A stretch of 38,166 bases of DNA from Escherichia phage T7. The notes beneath the pieces were generated by a model, which was given only the letters and a program-made list of their open reading frames with translations, was not told the DNA's origin and did no database searches. The DNA lies in sequence record MZ375249.1; one strand, 5' to 3'. The position numbers were made by a program, and so were the translations under genes. Below, one piece after another: positions 32,001 through 38,166 of the stretch. Position 1 is the stretch's first letter, and every line of letters starts with the position of its first letter.

Positions 32001-32986
32001 GAACCACTAACTACCTTCTGGATGCTGCGCGTCAAGGTATGCTTGGGGATGTTATTAGTGCCACCCTAACAGGTAAGACTACCCGCTGGGAGAAAGAAGG
32101 CTTCCTTCGTGGTGCCTCCGTAACTCCTGAGCAGATGGCTGGCATCAAGTCTCTCATCAAGGAACATATGGTACGCGGTGAGGACGGGAAGTTTACCGTT
32201 AAGGACAAGCAAGCGTTCTCTATGGACCCACGGGCTATGGACTTATGGAGACTGGCTGACAAGGTAGCTGATGAGGCAATGCTGCGTCCACATAAGGTGT
32301 CCTTACAGGATTCCCATGCGTTCGGAGCACTAGGTAAGATGGTTATGCAGTTTAAGTCTTTCACTATCAAGTCCCTTAACTCTAAGTTCCTGCGAACCTT
32401 CTATGATGGATACAAGAACAACCGAGCGATTGACGCTGCGCTGAGCATCATCACCTCTATGGGTCTCGCTGGTGGTTTCTATGCTATGGCTGCACACGTC
32501 AGAGCATACGCTCTGCCTAAGGAGAAACGTAAGGAGTACTTGGAGCGTGCACTGGACCCAACCATGATTGCCCACGCTGCGTTATCTCGTAGTTCTCAAT
32601 TGGGTGTTCCTTTGGCTATGGTTGACCTAGTTGGTGGTGTTTTAGGGTTCGAGTCCTCCAAGATGGCTCGCTCTACGATTCTACCTAAGGACACCGTGAA
32701 GGAACGTGACCCAAACAAACCGTACACCTCTAGAGAGGTAATGGGCGCTATGGGTTCAAACCTTCTGGAACAGATGCCTTCGGCTGGCTTTGTGGCTAAC
32801 GTAGGGGCTACCTTAATGAATGCTGCTGGCGTGGTCAACTCACCTAATAAAGCAACCGAGCAGGACTTCATGACTGGTCTTATGAACTCCACAAAAGAGT
32901 TAGTACCGAACGACCCATTGACTCAACAGCTTGTGTTGAAGATTTATGAGGCGAACGGTGTTAACTTGAGGGAGCGTAGGAAATAA
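29030..32986 (+). CDS. 16: Gene 16, internal core protein with N-terminal lytic transglycosylase domain (1318 aa)
   Basis: MDKYDKNVPSDYDGLFQKAADANGVSYDLLRKVAWTESRFVPTAKSKTGPLGMMQFT (SLT-type motif). Confidence 0.97.
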   Translation: MDKYDKNVPSDYDGLFQKAADANGVSYDLLRKVAWTESRFVPTAKSKTGPLGMMQFTKATAKALGLRVTDGPDDDRLNPELAINAAAKQLAGLVGKFDGDELKAALAYNQGEGRLGNPQLEAYSKGDFASISEEGRNYMRNLLDVAKSPMAGQLETFGGITPKGKGIPAEVGLAGIGHKQKVTQELPESTSFDVKGIEQEATAKPFAKDFWETHGETLDEYNSRSTFFGFKNAAEAELSNSVAGMAFRAGRLDNGFDVFKDTITPTRWNSHIWTPEELEKIRTEVKNPAYINVVTGGSPENLDDLIKLANENFENDSRAAEAGLGAKLSAGIIGAGVDPLSYVPMVGVTGKGFKLINKALVVGAESAALNVASEGLRTSVAGGDADYAGAALGGFVFGAGMSAISDAVAAGLKRSKPEAEFDNEFIGPMMRLEARETARNANSADLSRMNTENMKFEGEHNGVPYEDLPTERGAVVLHDGSVLSASNPINPKTLKEFSEVDPEKAARGIKLAGFTEIGLKTLGSDDADIRRVAIDLVRSPTGMQSGASGKFGATASDIHERLHGTDQRTYNDLYKAMSDAMKDPEFSTGGAKMSREETRYTIYRRAALAIERPELQKALTPSERIVMDIIKRHFDTKRELMENPAIFGNTKAVSIFPESRHKGTYVPHVYDRHAKALMIQRYGAEGLQEGIARSWMNSYVSRPEVKARVDEMLKELHGVKEVTPEMVEKYAMDKAYGISHSDQFTNSSIIEENIEGLVGIENNSFLEARNLFDSDLSITMPDGQQFSVNDLRDFDMFRIMPAYDRRVNSDIAIMGSTGKTTKELKDEILALKAKAEGDGKKTGEVHALMDTVKILTGRARRNQDTVWETSLRAINDLGFFAKNAYMGAQNITEIAGMIVTGNVRALGHGIPILRDTLYKSKPVSAKELKELHASLFGKEVDQLIRPKRADIVQRLREATDTGPAVANIVGTLKYSTQELAARSPWTKLLNGTTNYLLDAARQGMLGDVISATLTGKTTRWEKEGFLRGASVTPEQMAGIKSLIKEHMVRGEDGKFTVKDKQAFSMDPRAMDLWRLADKVADEAMLRPHKVSLQDSHAFGALGKMVMQFKSFTIKSLNSKFLRTFYDGYKNNRAIDAALSIITSMGLAGGFYAMAAHVRAYALPKEKRKEYLERALDPTMIAHAALSRSSQLGVPLAMVDLVGGVLGFESSKMARSTILPKDTVKERDPNKPYTSREVMGAMGSNLLEQMPSAGFVANVGATLMNAAGVVNSPNKATEQDFMTGLMNSTKELVPNDPLTQQLVLKIYEANGVNLRERRK

Positions 32987-33006
32987 TACGACTCACTATA
33001 GGGAGA
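32984..33006 (+). promoter_or_regulatory. T7 promoter phi17 (class III)
   Basis: taatacgactcactatagggaga. Confidence 0.95.
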
Positions 33007-33058
33007 GGCGAAATAATCTTCTCCCTGTAGTCTCTTAGATTTACTTTAAGGAGGTCAA

Positions 33059-34720
33059 ATGGCTAACGTAATTAAAACCGTTTTGACTTACCAGTTAGAT
33101 GGCTCCAATCGTGATTTTAATATCCCGTTTGAGTATCTAGCCCGTAAGTTCGTAGTGGTAACTCTTATTGGTGTAGACCGAAAGGTCCTTACGATTAATA
33201 CAGACTATCGCTTTGCTACACGTACTACTATCTCTCTGACAAAGGCTTGGGGTCCAGCCGATGGCTACACGACCATCGAGTTACGTCGAGTAACCTCCAC
33301 TACCGACCGATTGGTTGACTTTACGGATGGTTCAATCCTCCGCGCGTATGACCTTAACGTCGCTCAGATTCAAACGATGCACGTAGCGGAAGAGGCCCGT
33401 GACCTCACTACGGATACTATCGGTGTCAATAACGATGGTCACTTGGATGCTCGTGGTCGTCGAATTGTGAACCTAGCGAACGCCGTGGATGACCGCGATG
33501 CTGTTCCGTTTGGTCAACTAAAGACCATGAACCAGAACTCATGGCAAGCACGTAATGAAGCCTTACAGTTCCGTAATGAGGCTGAGACTTTCAGAAACCA
33601 AGCGGAGGGCTTTAAGAACGAGTCCAGTACCAACGCTACGAACACAAAGCAGTGGCGCGATGAGACCAAGGGTTTCCGAGACGAAGCCAAGCGGTTCGAG
33701 AATACGGCTGGTCAATACGCTACATCTGCTGGGAACTCTGCTTCCGCTGCGCATCAATCTGAGGTAAACGCTGAGAACTCTGCCACAGCATCCGCTAACT
33801 CTGCTCATTTGGCAGAACAGCAAGCAGACCGTGCGGAACGTGAGGCAGACAAGCTGGAAAATTACAATGGATTGGCTGGTGCAATTGATAAGGTAGATGG
33901 AACCAATGTGTACTGGAAAGGAAATATTCACGCTAACGGGCGCCTTTACATGACCACAAACGGTTTTGACTGTGGCCAGTATCAACAGTTCTTTGGTGGT
34001 GTCACTAATCGTTACTCTGTCATGGAGTGGGGAGATGAGAACGGATGGCTGATGTATGTTCAACGTAGAGAGTGGACAACAGCGATAGGCGGTAACATCC
34101 AGTTAGTAGTAAACGGACAGATCATCACCCAAGGTGGAGCCATGACCGGTCAGCTAAAATTGCAGAATGGGCATGTTCTTCAATTAGAGTCCGCATCCGA
34201 CAAGGCGCACTATATTCTATCTAAAGATGGTAACAGGAATAACTGGTACATTGGTAGAGGGTCAGATAACAACAATGACTGTACCTTCCACTCCTATGTA
34301 CATGGTACGACCTTAACACTCAAGCAGGACTATGCAGTAGTTAACAAACACTTCCACGTAGGTCAGGCCGTTGTGGCCACTGATGGTAATATTCAAGGTA
34401 CTAAGTGGGGAGGTAAATGGCTGGATGCTTACCTACGTGACAGCTTCGTTGCGAAGTCCAAGGCGTGGACTCAGGTGTGGTCTGGTAGTGCTGGCGGTGG
34501 GGTAAGTGTGACTGTTTCACAGGATCTCCGCTTCCGCAATATCTGGATTAAGTGTGCCAACAACTCTTGGAACTTCTTCCGTACTGGCCCCGATGGAATC
34601 TACTTCATAGCCTCTGATGGTGGATGGTTACGATTCCAAATACACTCCAACGGTCTCGGATTCAAGAATATTGCAGACAGTCGTTCAGTACCTAATGCAA
34701 TCATGGTGGAGAACGAGTAA
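33059..34720 (+). CDS. 17: Gene 17, tail fiber protein (553 aa)
   Basis: MANVIKTVLTYQLDGSNRDFNIPFEYLARKFVVVTLIGVDR...; coiled-coil QARNEALQFRNEAETFRNQAEGFKNES. Confidence 0.98.
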   Translation: MANVIKTVLTYQLDGSNRDFNIPFEYLARKFVVVTLIGVDRKVLTINTDYRFATRTTISLTKAWGPADGYTTIELRRVTSTTDRLVDFTDGSILRAYDLNVAQIQTMHVAEEARDLTTDTIGVNNDGHLDARGRRIVNLANAVDDRDAVPFGQLKTMNQNSWQARNEALQFRNEAETFRNQAEGFKNESSTNATNTKQWRDETKGFRDEAKRFENTAGQYATSAGNSASAAHQSEVNAENSATASANSAHLAEQQADRAEREADKLENYNGLAGAIDKVDGTNVYWKGNIHANGRLYMTTNGFDCGQYQQFFGGVTNRYSVMEWGDENGWLMYVQRREWTTAIGGNIQLVVNGQIITQGGAMTGQLKLQNGHVLQLESASDKAHYILSKDGNRNNWYIGRGSDNNNDCTFHSYVHGTTLTLKQDYAVVNKHFHVGQAVVATDGNIQGTKWGGKWLDAYLRDSFVAKSKAWTQVWSGSAGGGVSVTVSQDLRFRNIWIKCANNSWNFFRTGPDGIYFIASDGGWLRFQIHSNGLGFKNIADSRSVPNAIMVENE

Positions 34721-34778
34721 TTGGTAAATCACAAGGAAAGACGTGTAGTCCACGGATGGACTCTCAAGGAGGTACAAG

Positions 34779-34982
34779 GTGCTATCATTAGACTTTAACA
34801 ACGAATTGATTAAGGCTGCTCCAATTGTTGGGACGGGTGTAGCAGATGTTAGTGCTCGACTGTTCTTTGGGTTAAGCCTTAACGAATGGTTCTACGTTGC
34901 TGCTATCGCCTACACAGTGGTTCAGATTGGTGCCAAGGTAGTCGATAAGATGATTGACTGGAAGAAAGCCAATAAGGAGTGA
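34779..34982 (+). CDS. 17.5: Gene 17.5, holin (67 aa)
   Basis: MLSLDFNNELIKAAPIVGTGVADVSARLFFGLSLNEWFYVAAIAYTVVQIGAKVVDKMIDWKKANKE; one transmembrane segment. Confidence 0.9.
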   Translation: MLSLDFNNELIKAAPIVGTGVADVSARLFFGLSLNEWFYVAAIAYTVVQIGAKVVDKMIDWKKANKE

Positions 34983-34987
34983 TATGT

Positions 34988-35257
34988 ATGGAAAAGGATA
35001 AGAGCCTTATTACATTCTTAGAGATGTTGGACACTGCGATGGCTCAGCGTATGCTTGCGGACCTTTCGGACCATGAGCGTCGCTCTCCGCAACTCTATAA
35101 TGCTATTAACAAACTGTTAGACCGCCACAAGTTCCAGATTGGTAAGTTGCAGCCGGATGTTCACATCTTAGGTGGCCTTGCTGGTGCTCTTGAAGAGTAC
35201 AAAGAGAAAGTCGGTGATAACGGTCTTACGGATGATGATATTTACACATTACAGTGA
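34988..35257 (+). CDS. 18: Gene 18, terminase small subunit (89 aa)
   Basis: MEKDKSLITFLEMLDTAMAQRMLADLSDHERRSPQLYNAINKLLDRHKFQIGKLQPDVHILGG... Confidence 0.95.
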   Translation: MEKDKSLITFLEMLDTAMAQRMLADLSDHERRSPQLYNAINKLLDRHKFQIGKLQPDVHILGGLAGALEEYKEKVGDNGLTDDDIYTLQ

Positions 35258-35262
35258 TATAC

Positions 35263-35292
35263 TCAAGGCCACTACAGATAGTGGTCTTTATG
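35263..35292 (+). promoter_or_regulatory. RNase III processing hairpin R18.5
   Basis: ctcaaggccactacagatagtggtctttatgg. Confidence 0.6.
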
Positions 35293-35351
35293 GATGTCAT
35301 TGTCTATACGAGATGCTCCTACGTGAAATCTGAAAGTTAACGGGAGGCATT

Positions 35352-35783
35352 ATGCTAGAATTTTTACGTAAGCTAATCCCTTGGGTTCTCGCTGGGATGC
35401 TATTCGGGTTAGGATGGCATCTAGGGTCAGACTCAATGGACGCTAAATGGAAACAGGAGGTACACAATGAGTACGTTAAGAGAGTTGAGGCTGCGAAGAG
35501 CACTCAAAGAGCAATCGATGCGGTATCTGCTAAGTATCAAGAAGACCTTGCCGCGCTGGAAGGGAGCACTGATAGGATTATTTCTGATTTGCGTAGCGAC
35601 AATAAGCGGTTGCGCGTCAGAGTCAAAACTACCGGAACCTCCGATGGTCAGTGTGGATTCGAGCCTGATGGTCGAGCCGAACTTGACGACCGAGATGCTA
35701 AACGTATTCTCGCAGTGACCCAGAAGGGTGACGCATGGATTCGTGCGTTACAGGATACTATTCGTGAACTGCAACGTAAGTAG
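35352..35783 (+). CDS. 18.5: Gene 18.5, Rz-like i-spanin (143 aa)
   Basis: MLEFLRKLIPWVLAGMLFGLGWHLGSDSMDAKWKQEVHNEYVKRVEAAK...; N-terminal TM then coiled coil. Confidence 0.95.
   Translation: MLEFLRKLIPWVLAGMLFGLGWHLGSDSMDAKWKQEVHNEYVKRVEAAKSTQRAIDAVSAKYQEDLAALEGSTDRIISDLRSDNKRLRVRVKTTGTSDGQCGFEPDGRAELDDRDAKRILAVTQKGDAWIRALQDTIRELQRK
35467..35718 (+). CDS. 18.7: Gene 18.7, Rz1-like o-spanin embedded in the +1 frame of 18.5 (83 aa)
   Basis: MSTLRELRLRRALKEQSMRYLLSIKKTLPRWKGALIGLFLICVATISGCASESKLPEPP...; lipobox-like ISGC, proline-rich. Confidence 0.85.
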   Translation: MSTLRELRLRRALKEQSMRYLLSIKKTLPRWKGALIGLFLICVATISGCASESKLPEPPMVSVDSSLMVEPNLTTEMLNVFSQ

Positions 35784-35804
35784 GAAATCAAGTAAGGAGG
35801 CAAT

Positions 35805-37565
35805 GTGTCTACTCAATCCAATCGTAATGCGCTCGTAGTGGCGCAACTGAAAGGAGACTTCGTGGCGTTCCTATTCGTCTTATGGAAGGCGCTAAACCTA
35901 CCGGTGCCCACTAAGTGTCAGATTGACATGGCTAAGGTGCTGGCGAATGGAGACAACAAGAAGTTCATCTTACAGGCTTTCCGTGGTATCGGTAAGTCGT
36001 TCATCACATGTGCGTTCGTTGTGTGGTCCTTATGGAGAGACCCTCAGTTGAAGATACTTATCGTATCAGCCTCTAAGGAGCGTGCAGACGCTAACTCCAT
36101 CTTTATTAAGAACATCATTGACCTGCTGCCATTCCTATCTGAGTTAAAGCCAAGACCCGGACAGCGTGACTCGGTAATCAGCTTTGATGTAGGCCCAGCC
36201 AATCCTGACCACTCTCCTAGTGTGAAATCAGTAGGTATCACTGGTCAGTTAACTGGTAGCCGTGCTGACATTATCATTGCGGATGACGTTGAGATTCCGT
36301 CTAACAGCGCAACTATGGGTGCCCGTGAGAAGCTATGGACTCTGGTTCAGGAGTTCGCTGCGTTACTTAAACCGCTGCCTTCCTCTCGCGTTATCTACCT
36401 TGGTACACCTCAGACAGAGATGACTCTCTATAAGGAACTTGAGGATAACCGTGGGTACACAACCATTATCTGGCCTGCTCTGTACCCAAGGACACGTGAA
36501 GAGAACCTCTATTACTCACAGCGTCTTGCTCCTATGTTACGCGCTGAGTACGATGAGAACCCTGAGGCACTTGCTGGGACTCCAACAGACCCAGTGCGCT
36601 TTGACCGTGATGACCTGCGCGAGCGTGAGTTGGAATACGGTAAGGCTGGCTTTACGCTACAGTTCATGCTTAACCCTAACCTTAGTGATGCCGAGAAGTA
36701 CCCGCTGAGGCTTCGTGACGCTATCGTAGCGGCCTTAGACTTAGAGAAGGCCCCAATGCATTACCAGTGGCTTCCGAACCGTCAGAACATCATTGAGGAC
36801 CTTCCTAACGTTGGCCTTAAGGGTGATGACCTGCATACGTACCACGATTGTTCCAACAACTCAGGTCAGTACCAACAGAAGATTCTGGTCATTGACCCTA
36901 GTGGTCGCGGTAAGGACGAAACAGGTTACGCTGTGCTGTACACACTGAACGGTTACATCTACCTTATGGAAGCTGGAGGTTTCCGTGATGGCTACTCCGA
37001 TAAGACCCTTGAGTTACTCGCTAAGAAGGCAAAGCAATGGGGAGTCCAGACGGTTGTCTACGAGAGTAACTTCGGTGACGGTATGTTCGGTAAGGTATTC
37101 AGTCCTATCCTTCTTAAACACCACAACTGTGCGATGGAAGAGATTCGTGCCCGTGGTATGAAAGAGATGCGTATTTGCGATACCCTTGAGCCAGTCATGC
37201 AGACTCACCGCCTTGTAATTCGTGATGAGGTCATTAGGGCCGACTACCAGTCCGCTCGTGACGTAGACGGTAAGCATGACGTTAAGTACTCGTTGTTCTA
37301 CCAGATGACCCGTATCACTCGTGAGAAAGGCGCTCTGGCTCATGATGACCGATTGGATGCCCTTGCGTTAGGCATTGAGTATCTCCGTGAGTCCATGCAG
37401 TTGGATTCCGTTAAGGTCGAGGGTGAAGTACTTGCTGACTTCCTTGAGGAACACATGATGCGTCCTACGGTTGCTGCTACGCATATCATTGAGATGTCTG
37501 TGGGAGGAGTTGATGTGTACTCTGAGGACGATGAGGGTTACGGTACGTCTTTCATTGAGTGGTGA
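35805..37565 (+). CDS. 19: Gene 19, terminase large subunit (586 aa, GTG start)
   Basis: [49 protein letters not shown]...; ATPase and nuclease domains. Confidence 0.97.
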
Positions 37566-37646
37566 TTTATGCATTAGGACTGCATAGGGATGCACTATAG
37601 ACCACGGATGGTCAGTTCTTTAAGTTACTGAAAAGACACGATAAAT

Positions 37647-37669
37647 TAATACGACTCACTATAGGGAGA
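37647..37669 (+). promoter_or_regulatory. T7 promoter phiOR
   Basis: taatacgactcactatagggaga. Confidence 0.95.
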
Positions 37670-37824
37670 GGAGGGACGAAAGGTTACTATATAGATACTG
37701 AATGAATACTTATAGAGTGCATAAAGTATGCATAATGGTGTACCTAGAGTGACCTCTAAGAATGGTTGATTATATTGTATTAGTATCACCTTAACTTAAG
37801 GACCAACATAAAGGGAGGAGACTC

Positions 37825-37872
37825 ATGTTCCGCTTATTGTTGAACCTACTGCGGCATAGAGTCAAGTCCTAA
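37825..37872 (+). pseudogene. 19.5: Gene 19.5 remnant (15 codons, MFRLLLNLLRHRVKS, then stop)
   Basis: Start matches T7 19.5 (MFRLLLNLLRH) but the ORF ends after 15 codons; about 188 bp missing between phiOR and the right terminal repeat versus reference. Confidence 0.7.
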
Positions 37873-37995
37873 GGTATACCCATAAAGAGCCTCTAATGGT
37901 CTATCCTAAGGTCTATACCTAAAGATAGGCCATCCTATCAGTGTCACCTAAAGAGGGTCTTAGAGAGGGCCTATGGAGTTCCTATAGGGTCCTTT
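37865..37995. repeat. Short CCTAAAG-type repeat array adjacent to right terminal repeat
   Basis: Repeated cctaagg / cctaaag / cataaag units. Confidence 0.7.
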
Positions 37996-38024
37996 AAAAT
38001 ATACCATAAAAATCTGAGTGACTA

Positions 38025-38166
38025 TCTCACAGTGTACGGACCTAAAGTTCCCCCATAGGGTGTACCTAAAGCCCAGCCAATCACCTAAAGTCAACCTTCG
38101 GTTGACCTTGAGGGTTCCCTAAGGGTTTGTCTTTGGGTGTTACCTTGAGTGTCTCTCTGTGTCCCT
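38025..38166. repeat. Right direct terminal repeat, identical to 1..142
   Basis: Exact 142-bp match to the window start. Confidence 0.95.

Noticed and set aside
36439-36708. Plus-strand 89-aa ORF in an alternate frame inside gene 19 (position of the doubtful T7 ORF 19.2)
   Set aside because: No ribosome-binding site and a low-complexity translation; coding status is doubtful even in reference annotations, so it is not reported as a feature.

Overview
This window is an essentially complete genome of coliphage T7 (Autographiviridae): 38,166 bp bounded by identical 142-bp direct terminal repeats, with all genes on the + strand in canonical T7 order (early genes 0.3 to 1.3, replication genes 1.5 to 6, structural and lysis/packaging genes 6.5 to 19). 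I recognise about 50 protein genes, 17 phage RNA polymerase promoters, the three strong host promoters A1-A3, the TE and Tphi terminators, the gene 10 frameshift site and a family of RNase III-type processing hairpins. I found no foreign insertion and no undescribed system: every interval is accounted for by T7 backbone, and the minus-strand ORFs in the six-frame track are antisense artefacts. What is unusual is that the genome is about 1.77 kb shorter than the 39,937-bp reference T7, in seven discrete deletions: 18 bp in each terminal repeat, about 563 bp removing genes 0.4-0.6, 156 bp removing gene 1.4, 292 bp inside gene 3.8, 198 bp removing gene 4.3, 338 bp removing gene 5.3 and about 188 bp removing most of gene 19.5. 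All of these are known non-essential genes. The 3.8 deletion leaves a 16-codon leader fused in frame to the essential primase-helicase gene 4A. Several junctions look like clean ORF excisions that keep downstream translation signals, which suggests an engineered or laboratory-adapted streamlined T7, but this is inference. Limits: all comparisons to reference T7 come from remembered map coordinates and protein sequences, not from an alignment; deletion sizes come from coordinate arithmetic and exact junction bases are approximate.
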